Below, one piece after another: positions 23,446 to 37,415 of a stretch of 64,000 nucleotides of DNA. The translations under genes were made by a program, and so were the position numbers. This stretch comes from Squalus acanthias. Its lineage: Eukaryota. Positions within the stretch are counted from its first letter, which is position 1. Each line of letters opens with the position of its first letter. The DNA lies in the NCBI GenBank assembly GCA_030390025.1, contig JASTWF010000223.1, forward strand, positions 496,001-560,000. The letters are read 5' to 3'. The notes under the pieces are model-generated. The model ran no database searches. It was given only the letters and a program-made list of their open reading frames with translations, and was not told where the DNA came from.

Positions 23446-26400
23446 TCAAGACCCTAGGATGTAAGCCATCAGGTCCAGGTGATTTATCTGCCTTGAGTCC
23501 CATTATTTTACCGAGTACCACTTCCTTAGTGATTTTGATCGTGTTTAGCTCCTCCCCCGCTAAAGCCCCCTTTTTGTCCATTGTTGGGATATTCTTAGTG
23601 TCCTCTACTTTAAAGACTGATACAAAATATTCATTCAGTGTATTTGCCATCTCCATATTTCCCACCATTAATTTCCCGGTCTCATTATCTAAGGGACCAA
23701 CATTTACTTTAGCCACCATTTTTCTTTTTATATAATTATAAAAACTCTTACTATCTGTTTTTATATTTTTTGCTCATTTACTTTCATAATCTATCTTCCC
23801 TTTCTTAATCAATCTTTTAGTTATTTTTCGCTGTCTTTTAAAGTTTCTCCAATCCTCCCACTAGATTTGGCTACCTTAAAAGCCCTTGTTTTTAGTCGAA
23901 TACTATCCTTAATTTCTTTACTTAGCCACGGATGACTGTCTTTTCTTTTACACCCTTTTCTTCTCAGTGGAATATATATTTTTTAGAAGTTGTAAAATAA
24001 CTCCTTAAATGTACACCACTTATCATGTATCGTCTTACCCTTTAATCTATTTTCCCAATCCACTCTACTCAATTCCGTTCGCATACCTTCATAGTCTCCT
24101 TTATTCAAGCTTAGCACGCTTGTTTGAGATCCAAACTTCTCACCCTCTAAATGAATATGGAATTCAAACATGTTATAGTCACTCATTCCAATGGAATCCT
24201 TTTCTAGGACATTTTTAATTAATCCTGTCTCGTTACACAGGTCCAGATCTAAGGTTGCTTGCCCTCTGGTTGGTTCAGTTACATACTGCTCAAGAAGTCC
24301 ATCCCAAATACACTCAATGAACTCATCCTCAAGGCAGCCCTGCCCAATTTGATTTGTGCAGTTAATATGATAGTTAAAATCCCCCATAATTATGGATGTT
24401 CCCTTATTACAAGCCTCAACTATTTCCTGATTGATACTCCGTCCAACAGAGTTGCAACTGTTCGGAGGCCTATAGACTACGCCCACTAGTGTTTTTCCCC
24501 CTTATTATTCCTTTTCTCCACCCAAACTGTTTCATTATCCTGATCTTTTGACCCAATATCATTTCTCTGTATTACAGTGATTCCTTCCTTTATTAACATA
24601 GCCACCCCACCTCCCCTTCCTTCCTGCCTGTCCTTCCTGATCGTTAAATGACCTGGTATGTTTAATTCCCAGGCATTGTCACCCTGCAGCCATGTTTCTG
24701 TATTGGCCACAAGATCAAACCCATATGTAGTTATTTGTGCCATTAACTCGTCTATTTTGTTACGAATGCTACGTGCATTCAGATAGAGAACTTTCAAATG
24801 TGTTTTGTGACACTTAGATACTGCTTTTGTCCTTTTTATTATTTTACCTTTTACTCCATACCTTCTGCCCCTTCCTGACACACTCTGGTTTTTAATTTCC
24901 CCACTGCTACCTAAGTCTATGACCTTCTCTGTTCTCATTTATGTTATTTGCTCTCTAGGAACCCCCCCCCCCCCCCACTAGTTAGTTTAAAGCCCTCTCT
25001 ACAGCGCTAGTTATATGATCCGCCAGGACTCTAGTCCCAGCACTGGCCAAGTGAAGCCCGTCCCAACGGAAGAGCTCCCTCCTGCCCCAGTACTGGTGCC
25101 AGTGTCCAAGGATCAAAACCCATTTCTCCCACACCAGTCTTTGAGCCACTCATTTAACTCTCTAATTTTATTTGTCCTAGCCAAATTCGCTCGTGGCTCA
25201 GCTAATAATCCAGTGATTATTACCCTTGGCGATCTGTTTTTTAATTTGACCCCTAGCTGCTCATACTCCTTTAACCAGAACCGGCGTCCTTTTCCTATCT
25301 ACGTCGTTTGTAGCAGCATGGACCACGACAACTGGATCCACCCCTCCCACTGCAAGTTTCTTTCCAGCCCAGAGGAGATGTCCTTAACCCTGGCACCGGG
25401 CAGGCAAGACAGCCTACGGGACTCTCGCTCTCGGCTGCAGAGATCTCTATCTGTCCCCCTAATAATACTATCCCCTACCACTACAACATTTCTATTTACT
25501 CCCCCCTCTTGAATGGCCCCCCGTTCCACGGTGCTGTGGCTAGGTTGCTCATCCTCCCTGCGGTCCCTGCTCCTGTCCCCACAGGGAGTAAGAACCTCGA
25601 ACCTGTTGGACAGAAGCAAGGTCTGCGGCTCCTCCAACACTACCTCCTCGATCCCCGTACCTGCCTCACTCGTAGTCACACCGTCCTGTCCCTGGCCATG
25701 GGCTTCATCTGAATTAATTAACTTCATAGGTGTGACCACCTCCTGAAACACAGAGTCCAGGTACTTCTCCCCCTCCCTGATGTGTCGCCGTGTCTGAAGC
25801 TCAGACTCCAGCTCATCAACACGGAGCTGGAGTTCTGTAGCAGCAGACACTTGTCACAGATGTATTCACAGTGAGCCTCAATGGGGTCCACCGTCTCCCA
25901 CATTTCGCAACAGTAACCCATCACCTGCTCTATTCTATGTAATTAATTAATTTTTTTATTGTTAGTTATGCACAGTCTCTGCCCGATTATAGATGCTAGT
26001 ATCCCCTCTAATTAATTGGATTTAAATTAAATCAATCCCTCTAAATTACACCAGTTAAATGGTTTACCAACAGTCACTCTGCACCAGAAAGGCCTTATTA
26101 ACTACAACCCACAGAGTTAAAGTTTGAAAAGAGCACCCGACACCCCACTCACCCGAACTCACACTTACCCAAACTCAGCACTCTCTGCTGACTCGCACTA
26201 GCACTGGTCTTTTTTTACTGTTTGTTTGTTTACAACCAAATGAGTCACCCCAGCTGATTGATTAGAATACTGGTTTCCACTGCCTGCTGTGCCAATTTAC
26301 TCCTACTGCAGTGTAACCTTATTTTACTCTTCTTAAACCAACAGAATCCCAAATATTTAACTTTTCCCCTTCATTTAAACTGCTTATGTACTCTTATCAA

Positions 26401-26472
26401 GAATGATTTAAAGAGAACTAACAATTAAAGAACTCTCACACTTAGCCAAACTCAGCACTCTCTGCTGACTCG
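23446..26472 (-). mobile_element. 5' half of a CR1 LINE: 5' UTR, ORF1 (Zn finger plus SGNH esterase), ORF2 AP endonuclease
   Basis: CCEMWE...YICDKC; VVVVGDSIIRGTD...CLPGARVKDI; KVLYLNARSIRNK...ETWL; GVVYRPP...IIMGDFN; KSPGPDGLHPRVL; frameshifted. Confidence 0.9.
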
Positions 26473-26479
26473 CCAACCT

Positions 26480-27155
26480 GACCGGTCCATTTATATCTTC
26501 CTGCAGTCTGCAGCTTTCTTCTTCATTATCAACCGCACGGTCATTTTTGAATCATCTGCAAACTTCATAATTATACTTCCTACATTCAAGTCCAAATCAT
26601 TCATGTATTCCACAAAAAAGCAGAGGACCCAGTACTGAGCCCTGTGGAACTCCACTGGAAACAGCTTTCTAGTCACACAAAAACCCTTCGTCCATTGCCC
26701 TTTGTTTCCTGCCTCTGAGCCAATTTTGGATCCAACTTTCCACTTTGCCTTGGATCCCATGGGCTTTTACTTTCGTGACCTGTCTGCCATGCGGGACCAT
26801 ATCAAAAGCCTTGCTGAAATCCATATAGACTACATCAGACACACTATCCTCATCGACCCTCCTTCTTGCCTCCCCCAAAAATTCAATAAATTTAGTCAGA
26901 CACGATCTTCCCTTGACAAATCCCTGATTAATCCATATGTTTCTAAATTAAGGTTTATCCTGTCCCTCAGAATTTTTTGCAATAATTTTGCCACCACCGA
27001 GGTTAGGCTACCTGGAGGGTAATTACTCGGTCTAACCCTTTCTCCCTTTTTAAACGACGGTACCACGTTAGCAGTCCTCCAGTCCTCTGGCACCACACCT
27101 GTATCCAGAGAGGATTGGAAAATGATGGTCAGAGCCTCTGCTATTTACTCTCTTA
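26480..27155 (-). mobile_element. CR1 RT fragment
   Basis: VPEDWRTANVVP, DVVYMDFSKAFD, KFADDSK motifs. Confidence 0.9.
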
Positions 27156-27216
27156 CTAAGGACAGAATTAGGCTGAACTGAGATGCTCTCTGGGTCTAAC
27201 AATCTATGAGAGATCA

Positions 27217-27620
27217 AAAGCAAATACTGCGGATGCTGGAAATCTTAAATAAAAACAGAAAATACTGGAAATACTCAGCAGGTCAGGCAGCATCTGTGGA
27301 GAGAGAAACAGAGTTAACGTTTCAGGTCGGTGTCCTTTCGTCATAACTCGATAAAGTTAGAGCCGGGGCAGAGAAGGGGGAGGAGATGAAAGAAGAAAAT
27401 GGAAGATAGAAGGCAGGAGAGATTAAAAGACAAAAGAGATGATGGTGGAACGCAAAAGGAGCTGGTAATGGAACAAGTAAAGAAACAAAAGGTGGGTCTA
27501 GAGGAGGTGCAAATGGCAACAGAAGAGTCATTATCAGTATCTGCTTTCCGAAAAAATGAAAGCAGTGGTTTTAACCTGAAATTGTTGAACTCGATGTTGA
27601 ACCCAGAAGGTTGAAAACAG
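27217..27620 (-). mobile_element. Penelope-like element 3' end (ORF C-terminus plus terminal repeat)
   Basis: QPSGFNIEFNNFR, typical of the PLE ORF end, then a pyrimidine-rich tract and gagtt-ATGACGA-a-aggac-acc-gacct-GAAAC-gtt-aactc (degenerate hammerhead-like core). Confidence 0.75.
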
Positions 27621-27639
27621 ATGTCTTTGCTGATGCTTT

Positions 27640-27900
27640 TTAATAGATAAATTACCAAAACACCAGGATAACTGCCCCTCTATTTCTTGAATAGTACCAT
27701 AGGATCTTAACATCCACCTGAGAGAGAAGATAGGGTCTTGATTTAAGTTTCTTCTGGAAGGCGTCGCCTCCGACAATGCAGCACATCCTCAGTACTGCAC
27801 TGGAGTGTCCGCCTCAATTATGTGCGCAAATCTCGAGAGTGGAAATAAAACCCGCAACTTCCGACTCAGAGGTGAGATTGTTACCACTGAGACAAGGCTG
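27640..27900 (-). mobile_element. tRNA-derived Deu-type SINE fragment
   Basis: Similar to the SINE at 47340-48110 (ccctcagtactgcactgga, ttccgactcaga blocks). Confidence 0.6.
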
Positions 27901-29559
27901 AAACTGAATGTATCCTTCATTGTCTCCTTTTACACTGTTTTCCCGAGGTTTCTCGGTCTCTTCCGAAAACGTTACAGCGGACGAGCGGGAGAACCTCCAA
28001 GAAAATTCACTTCAGTTGTTTTTAACTGTTTTGAAAAATTGCCCATGACTTTAGCAAAAACGATAAGAATATATGTGATTTCGCATTTAGTGTAGAGCCA
28101 TGGGCGCTGCACACCGCACGTCACAATCCCGCTCCTCACAAGGTGACCAATTGCACAGGGCTGGAACTGAGTCACCTCGAGATGCTTGGGATTGACTTCA
28201 TCTATCAGGTGACACCTGAGTTCAGCGAAAACGCTCAGACCAGAGGACAACATTATTGTCGAATGATCTGGAGCTGTGACAAGGGAGGAACGCTGGACTG
28301 GATGGATTGAAACAGGGTGTTAGTTGGAGATCCTGTTTGCGCGAAGCTTGGGGTATTATGGAGAGGATGGAGACAGCAGGTTTGAAGGAGTAAGGTTTCT
28401 GCCTGCGGAAAGAGAATCATTGACCATATCACCCAGCACCGGGAAAAGGGAGTGGAGCTGAGCTGTCGGGAATTCAATGCATTGGGATCAATGGAGCAGG
28501 GCAGTGGGTCTGATGGAGGAAATTAATGGGGAGAAGGCATGAGAGAGATATGCGGGAAACTGTGGAAAGACTGGGTCGGTGTGTACAGTTGGTAAGTGTG
28601 GGGGGAGGGAGGAGGCGGCAGACGGGTAGCTGGAGGTGGAAGGAAGGGTAGAACGCAATGAAGGCCGCTGCAAACATGCTCCCGATCTTGAAGATAAGGA
28701 AATTCATCAGGTGATTGAGACTTCTCGGGATGTAGTTGGTGAATTGAAAGAAGGCCGCCGACCATAGATCCCATATGAAAACATTTTCAATGACCCATTC
28801 CGTTTGACATTCCCGCACCTGTACTGTGTGAAGGCAGGTTTTTCTCCCCTTCTCTCCTGCTGGCGATGCCTCGTGCTCGGTCCGGGTCCGTGATCACCGG
28901 AGGAATCCCCGCCACCCATACCTCACCAACGTCGCTATTCTTCATGCATGGCGCTGGACAGCGAGGCCTAGAAATTCGTCTCGGGCGGTGGCGCAAAACG
29001 GGCGGTAACAAACCGTTCGTCTGTTGTACGCTGCACCTGAAATTCAGAGCGGACAGACTATTCTACTAGTAGATCGGGGAGTCACAGCTGAGAGTGATCC
29101 TGCCTCCATCCGTTGCTCACATACGGGAACTTTCCAACAGGCGGGCCCTGGAGAAAGATTGGCAACATTAACTTTCAAGATTTTTCCTGCTAAATGACCA
29201 GAGCGAGTCTGGCTATTTCTAACGGCCATTCTGTCGTCTCAACTGATATCCCTTAACTGAGCATTTGCTGGAGATAGGGATCCTATTTTTAATTTACTCC
29301 TCTAACAAATAAGGTTCTTAAACTTTGAAAATTACGTTTATTATGTTTATTAAGCATACAGTGCATGCAATATTTTTAGCATACACTTAAAAACAGGACT
29401 TACAAACACAACTGACAATTGTTGCTTGTGAAGTCGAACGTGTTGCAGGTGTGAGCTCAGTATCTCTGGTCATTGCGAATCCAAATCCTCATTACAAACA
29501 GCAAAGGATTGTGAGTCCAGCAACAATAACTTCCATGTGATTCTGGCCCGAGTGGTTTT

Positions 29560-30222
29560 AAGAACATAAGAACATAAGAAATAGGAGCAGGATTGCCCAT
29601 ACGACCCATCGAGCCTGCTCCGCCATTCAATATGATCATAGCTGATCATAGACCTCAACTCCACTTTCCCACCCAGTCTCCATATCCCTTGATTCCCCTA
29701 GAGTCCAAAAATCTATCTATCTCAGCCTTGAATATACTCAAAGTCTCAGCATTCACAGCCCACTGAGGCAGAGAATTACAAAATAATTTAAAAACTCTGA
29801 GTGAATAAATTCCTCCTCATCTCGGTCTTAAATGGCCTACCCCTTATCCTGGGAATATGCCCCCTAGTTCTAGACACTCCAGCCAGGGGAAACAACCTCT
29901 CAGCATCTACCCTGTCAATCCCCTTCAGAATCTTGTATGTTTCAATGAGATCACCTCTCATTCTTCCAAACTCCAGAGAGTATAGGCCCATTCTACACAA
30001 TCTCTCATCATAGGACAGCCCTCTCATCCCAGGAATCAATCTCGTGAACCTTCGTTGCACCACCTCCAAGGCATGTATATCCTTCCTTTAGACAAGGAGA
30101 CCGAAACTGTGCACAGTACTCCAGGTGTGGTCTCACAAAGGCCCTGCACAATTGTAGCAAGACTTTCTTACTCCTATACTCCAACCCCCTTGCAATAAAG
30201 GCCAATATGCCATTTGCCTTTT
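29560..30222 (-). mobile_element. CR1 LINE 3' fragment
   Basis: RPHLEYCAQF, RGDLIETYKILKG; aagaacat tandem tail. Confidence 0.9.
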
Positions 30223-30984
30223 AAACATCAAGCTTCAATATAAATTGAATAATAGCAGTATTGCTCTTATACAACCGTTCTACAGTATCACATTAAATGA
30301 CCAGTAATTAATACAACGTGTTTACCTCGCGGATTTCAAGATGCTCAAACCTGAATTTCATCTGTTACCGTCAACGCAATAGATTTCAGACTGTTCCGAG
30401 GGCTATAACTTTTGAAGGGAACAGGCTCTACCTTCATACTATTCGGCTACCTTGGGCTGCAAGTATGCGTATTTGTTCTTATCTCCTAGTCATTATCTCC
30501 TCATCATTAATACCGCCCTCATGCTAACTCTGTGTTAACTGGCTTCAGAAATGCCACATCATGTTGCTTCACCATCCTTTATCTCGGTTGTATAGCAATT
30601 TGTTTCTCTGAGGAGTGCGTAGGACAACCTGTAACTATGTACAGGTCTCATTACGGCCTTGTGGGCCTTCATAGTTCTGATTGCCTCAGCATTCTTTCAA
30701 TTTAATCAGTTGTTGTGATCTGTTGGTGACTTAGAACCCGCTCCCCTTAGCTCGATGACGGATTCTATGGCTCAGCTCCTTATGTTCCCAAGGAGATGAT
30801 AAAGCTTCACGTAGCACCGCCCTCTTTGCTAATAGCCCAAAGCGAGGCGAGACGGGATACCTGACCAGGAGCTAACAACTGTAACCGCCTTACATTGTTG
30901 TTATCAGTAGCTTTATTCTTGTTCCGTAGTATTGCTAATCAACTAAGTGAAACCTTTAAATAAAAGAGTGTCTATATTTCTGTA

Positions 30985-33942
30985 TCAGGATAGTAACAGA
31001 CTTCAGGAGGACATCGACAGACTGATGAAATGGTGTTTTAGCTGGCAGGATATGTTGAAGAGGGTATTAAAAATGCCTACGGGATGCTTAGCTTTATCAG
31101 TAGAGGCAAAGTGTACCAAAGAAAAGGAGTTCAGCTAAACCTTTATAAAACATTGGTTTTAAGCCCAGCTGGAGTATTGTAGCGAATTCTGGGCACCGGA
31201 CATTAGGAAGAATCTCAAGGCCTTAGAGAGGGTGCAGAAAATCCGAAACTAGGGTCCTAAATCTAAACAAAGGAAACTACGAAGGTATGAGGAGTGAGTT
31301 GGCTATGATAGATTGGGGAGCTTCATTAAAAGGCATGACGGTGGATAGGCAATGGCTAACATTTAACGAACGAATGCATGAATTGCAACAGTTATACATT
31401 CCTTTCTGGCGCAAAAACACAAAAGGAAAAGCGGCCCAACCATGGCTAACAAAAGAAATTAAGGATAGTAATAGATCCAAAGAGGAGTCATATATAAAGT
31501 TCCCAGAAAAAGTAACACGCCTGAGGATTGGGAGCAGTTTAGAGTTCAGCAAAAAAAGGACCAAGAAAATAATTAAGAGGGGAAAATAGAGTATGAGAGT
31601 AAACGTGCAAGGAACATAAAAGCGGACTGTAAAAGCTTCTACAAGTATGTAAAAAGAAAAAAAGACTGGTGAAAACAAATGTAGGTCTCTTACAGTCAGA
31701 AACAGGAGAATTTATAATGGGGAACAAGGAAATGGCTGAGCAATGAAACAAATACTTTGCTTCTGTCTTCATGGAAGAGGACACAAATAACTTACCAGAA
31801 ATGCTAGGGAACCAAGGGTCTAGTGAGAAGGAGGATTTAAAGGAAATTATTATCAGAAAAAAAGTAATGCTGGAGAAATTAATGGGACTGAAAGCTGATA
31901 AATCCCCAGGGCCTGATAATCTGCATCCCAGAGTACTAAAATAAGTAGCCATGGAATTAATGGATGCATTGGTTGTTATCTTCCAAAATTCTATAGATTA
32001 TGGAACAGTTCCTTCAGATTGGAGGGTGGCAAATGTAACCCCACTATTTAAAAAAGGAGGGAGAGAGAAAGCAGGGAACTACAGACTGGTTAGCCTAACA
32101 TCAGTAGTAGGGAAAATGCTAGAGTCTATTATGAAGGATGTGCTAACAGGACACTTAGAAAATATCAATGGGATTAGACAAAGTCAACATGGATTTATGA
32201 AAGGGAAATCGTATTTGACAAACCCACTGGAATTTTTTGAGGATGTAACTGGTAGAATAGATAAGGGAGAACCAGTGGATGTGGTGTATTTGGATTTTCA
32301 GAAGGCCTTTGATAAACTCCCACATAAGACGTTAGTGTGCAAAATTAAAACACATGGGATTGGGGGTAATATACTAGCATGGATTGAAAATTGGTTAACA
32401 GACAGGAAACAGTGTGTAGGAATAACTGGGTCTTTTCAGGGTGGCAGGCGGTTACTAGTGGGCTACCGCAGGGATCAGTGCTTGGGCCCCAGCTATTCAC
32501 AATATATATCAATGATTTCGATGAGGGAACGAAATGTAATATTTCCAAGTTTGCTGACGACACGAAACTAGGTGGCATTGTGAGTTGTGAGGAGGATGCA
32601 AAGAGGCTTCAAGGCGATTGTGACAAGTTGATTGAGTGGGCAAATACATGGCAGATGCAGTATAACGTGGATAAATGTGAAGTTATCAGCTTTGGGCGGA
32701 AAAACTGAAAGGTAGAGTATTATTTAAATTGTGATAGTTTGGGAAATGTTGATGTACAAAGGGACCTGGGTGTCCTTGTACACCAGTCACTGAAAGCAAA
32801 TATGCAGGTGCAGCAAGCAGTTAGGAAGGCAAATGGTATGTTGGCCTTCATTGCAAGAAAATTTGAGTACAGGAGCAAGGATGTCTTACTACAGTTATAC
32901 AGGGCCTTGGTGAGACCACACCTGGAGTACTGCGTGCAGTTTTGATCTCCTTACCTAAGAAAGGTTATACTTGCATAGAGGGTGTGCAGCGAAGGTTCAC
33001 CAGACTGATTCCTGGGATGGCAGGACTGTCGTATGAGGAGAGATTGTGTCAACTAAGCCTGTATTCACTAGAGTTTAGAAGAATGAGAGGATATTTCATT
33101 GAAACGTATACAATTCTGACATACTAGACAGACTGAATGCAGGGTGGACGTTTCCCCTGGCTGGGTGGTCTAGAACGACGGGTCACAGTCTCAGGATACG
33201 GGGTAGGATATTTAGGACTGAGATGAGGAGAAATTTCTTCACTCAGAGGGTGGTGAACCTGTGGAATTCTCTACCACAGAATGCTGTGGAGGCCAAGTCA
33301 CTGAATATATTTAAGAAGGAGACAGATAGATTTCGAGACACAAAAGGCATCAAGGGGTAATGGGGAGAGAGTGGGAATATGGCATTGAGATAGTGGATCA
33401 GCCATGATCATTTTAAATGGCGGAGCAGGCTCGAAGTGCCGAATGGCCGACTCCTGCTCCTATTTTTTCTGAAAGATTTACAAGAATGTTTCCATGGATG
33501 AAATAAATAAGTTACGTGAAGAGACTAGAGTAACTGCGATTGGTCTCCTTAAAGTAGAGAAGGCTAAGGGGATTTCTCATACAGGTGTTTAAAATCATGA
33601 ATGATTTTGACAGACTCAATAAGAAAAACTTTTTCCAGTGACTGAAGGGTCGCTAACCAGAGGACACAGATTTAATGTAATTGGCAACGGAACCAGAGGC
33701 GCCAGGAGGAACAATAATTTGTTTAGCGAGTTAGTCTGATCTGGAATGCACTGCCTGAAAGGATAGTGGAAGTAGATTCAATAGTAACTTCCAAATGGAA
33801 ATTGGATAAATACTTGAAGGGAGAACATTCGCAGAGCTACGGGGCAAGAGCAGGCGGATGGGACTAATTGGAGAGAACTTTCACAGGCACGATGGGCCGA
33901 ATGGCCAGCCGCTGTGCTGTATCAATCTACGATTCTATGATT
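30985..33942 (+). mobile_element. Younger CR1 (~31240-33470, RT domain to 3' UTR) nested in an older CR1 3' fragment
   Basis: ORFs with DWRVANVTPLFKKG, QHGFMKGKS, YLDFQKAFD, PQGSVLGP and KFADDTKL. The older element breaks at gagagggtgcagaa and resumes at aagatttacaagaatg. Confidence 0.88.
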
Positions 33943-35489
33943 CGCACCAAGTAAAACAATGATTAATGCCCAGAACTGTTCCTTTGCAGATGTAACTTTC
34001 CTCCCACAATGGGGGGATTGTGTGTAACTGTGCCAGTATGCGAGGCACAGTGTAAGAATAAGGGCTTTTGAGGGTATTTTGCGGGATTAGGCATTGCAAG
34101 AATTAAATGACCCTCGGCCTTTTTTCTCTGACTAGCTGCTTTCTGCAGAAAACATACCGCCTTGGATTTCCTGCTGACTGAAGTTTCTGGGTGCGTCACA
34201 AGTGGCCTCCTTTATTGTAGAAACACTGTTGTTATTTGTTTTTAATTCGTTTATGGGATGTGGGCGTCGCTGGCAAAGCCAGCATTTATTGCCCATCCCT
34301 AGTTGCCCTCGAGAAGGTGGTGGTGAGCCGCCTTCTTGAACCGCTGCAGTCCGAGCGGTTAAGGTTCTCCTACAGTGCTGTTAGGGTGGGAGTTCCAGGA
34401 TTTTGCAATAAAGGCAAGGGAAAAGGACAGGGGAGGTTCAGAGCTCTCTCAGTTTTATCTCATCGGTTCCACGTCTGTGGGGATGTGAAACTTATGTGAG
34501 CCATGCAATCATAACCAACTCTACATCCCTTTCTACTAATTTTCAGTATTGAGCTTTGCTAGACCGTAGTTTAATATTAAGAGCGCCAGTTTATAGTTTT
34601 TATTAAGTTATTATACTTTTATTAATGTAGCCTTCTTTCTCTTCTGTGGGGATTAGCGGAAATCATGTGACAAATCAGATTCTAATTGGAAGCCGTTGTC
34701 ATCATGGTTGCATCACCCACATGGAAACCAAGAACAGAAAAAGGAGATTATGGAGGCCCAAAGCCTTTGGCTGGAGGCAGAACTTCCCGGGCCCATGATT
34801 GGGTAGAATGCAGGGTTAAGGAAGGTACATGATTAGATGGATCTTTCTCTAGTTCAGGTTCTGGGGGTATATCCTAGTGGGTTTGCGTTATTCTCAGACT
34901 AGACGGGCCAGGAAGGGCACTGACCCAAACAGGTGCAGGTCCTCCTGTGAGTAGAAGGAACCAGGATTGGGCCACGCCTACTACCCAAATGACAATAACG
35001 AGTAATATAATTCTGTATCGCACTTTGTAAACTGCTGCTCCAATACTGGGTGTATTAAGTCTCACTAATGCTTAAATAAAGAAGGAAAGAAAGACTTGCA
35101 TTTATATAGCGCCTTGCACGACTACGGGACGTCCCAAAGCGCTTTACAACCAATGAAGTGCTTTTCTGAAGTGTAGTCACTGTTGTAATGTGGGAAAATC
35201 ATAACTGTTACCAATATGGAGCCAGCTTCGAACCATTGAACAGACAGTTTAAAGGGGCTTCCATTTTCTCTTACAACAGTTGCTACATGCTGCTATCAAG
35301 TATTCTACATTTGCTTTCCGAAGAACTTTAAAGGAAAAACACCAGCAAGTTGCAATGTGACTCCAGTGTTCAGCTCACATTGTAGCTATTCGGCGCTTTC
35401 ATTTAGAACTCGGGGGCGTCCAGTTTTGTCCAATTTACTGCACCAAAAATCAGGGTCAAATCCACTGCATTCATCTGTTTTTTCAATTA

Positions 35490-36097
35490 CTGTAACTGAT
35501 ATAAATGGTGATGTCACCTAACATGTTTGTTCAATGCCTGTAACTGATATAAATGGTGATGTCATCTAACATGTTTGTTCAATGGCTGTAACTGATATAA
35601 ATGGTGATGTCACCTAACATGTTTGTTCAATGCCTGTAACTGATATAAACGGTGATGTCACCTAACATGTTTGTTCAATGCCTGTAACTGATATAAATGG
35701 TGATGTCACCTAACATGTTTGTTCAATGGCTGTAACTGATATAAATGGTGATGTCACCTAACATGTTTGTTCAATGCCTGTAACTGATATAAACGGTGAT
35801 GTCACCTAACATGTTTGTTCCACGACTGTAACTGATATAAATGGTGATGTCACCTAACATGTTTGTTCAATGGCTGTAACTGATATAAACGGTGATGTCA
35901 CCTAACATGTTTGTTCAATGGCTGTAACTGATATAAATGGTGATGTCACCTAACATGTTTGTTCAATGGCTGTAACTGATATAAATGGTGATGTCACCTA
36001 TCATGTTTGTTCAATGACTGTAACTGATATAAATGGTGATGTCACCTAACATGTTTGTTCAATGGCTGTAACTAACATTAATGGTGATGTCATCTAA
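35490..36097. repeat. 48-bp minisatellite, about 12.5 copies, immediately upstream of GPCR-B exon 1
   Basis: Unit ctgtaactgatataaatggtgatgtcacctaacatgtttgttcaatgg. Confidence 0.95.
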
Positions 36098-36674
36098 TTG
36101 TGTCTCGGAGGGTTCACATCAGGTATAATAAGGGATCTTTTGAAAGTCGAACAGAGCGCGTGTGGAATCTCGAATAGACATCGCTGCTTCTCACAGAAAA
36201 TGCACGCCCCGCCCAGAGGCCTAGTATATGCCATTTACTACACTGCCCTTGCAGCTATCGCTGTGCCAGGTAAAGTATTGCAGCAAGTTATTGATTCTAA
36301 CAAGCGTTAGTTATCTGGATCGTCTCAGTAACTTGTTATTGGCCACACTTTGTGCAATGTGTTCCCCCCGGAGTCGCCTGTAGCGGGATCGGTTCGACCG
36401 ATCTTACACATTGAAGGGCCGTTGTTCAGTGCGACAGTTGATGACAATTACCTTCAAGTGTTGATGCCGGTTGTTTACTTTCATGATTGTACTCGGCCTG
36501 TATAATGGTGCAGAGTGAAATAAGCCGCCTCGAACACCCACCTCGAAATAACACTTCCAAATGTGTCTCCATTTCTCCAACCACCGCGCTGTGAGGAGCG
36601 GGGGAACGAGCCACCAGCAGCCGCCTTGCTCCCGTTTAACTGTTTCTGGTCGATTGTGGATAGATGGAGACAAT

Positions 36675-37415
36675 GGCCCAAAAATTAGTGCCGCTACGCG
36701 AGAGTACGCACTGCGTACTCTCGCGTATTCTGTCTCCAATTGCCGGTTTTCTGCATGCACTGCGCATGCGCTGAAAACCGGCACTTGTTGAATGGAAAAG
36801 GGGGCGGGTCCTAGGTGAACCGCGTGCGCGCTACAGGCTGCGCGCACGCTGTGCACTTAGTGCTTTGGACGCGCAGGTAAGTACGGAAGATTCTACACAT
36901 AAAAAAAGGAGGAGTAAGACCCACTTTTAACAAGGTAAATAGTGAATTAAGTATTATTTTGAATTTTTTTAACAGGTATATCTTTTTTAGAGACTTTAAA
37001 AACAGGTAAGTTTATTTTTATAACTTTTTAAAAGATTTTAAATTTTTTCAAAAATTTAATTTTTTATTTAAAATGGTTAATTTATTTAACTATACTTATT
37101 TTATTAATGTGATGGTTTTTTTTTAATTTAAATGAGGTTTAGCGGTTCTTTTGGGGGGCTATAGTATTCATAGCTTTCACAGCCGTGCTGTGAAAGTTAT
37201 GAATGGAAGATGGTGTGCTGCCATTGGCTCTAACTGAGTCACGTGATCCCACAGCTCGCACGAATTAACTACGCCGCTGGGATCCGCAAGCCCAGCACAG
37301 CAGCTGTCCAGAACATCAAGTTCGTGCGAGCTGGAACTGAAAAAGCCAACGCGCAGTGAGAGATCGCGGGGAGGCCTTACCCTCGCACGAAGGCTTCCTC
37401 ACGAATTTTTGGGCC
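36675..37415. mobile_element. Harbinger-like MITE, family 2, copy C (in the GPCR-B intron)
   Basis: TIR GGCCCAAAAATT...AATTTTTGGGCC, TSD AAT, 741 bp, closely similar to copy B. Confidence 0.9.

Noticed and set aside
28250-29230. Purine-rich and CpG-rich segment with several short ORFs
   Set aside because: Probably transposon remnants (a GGCCTAGAAATT end also occurs at ~46190), but I recognise no motif that supports a call.
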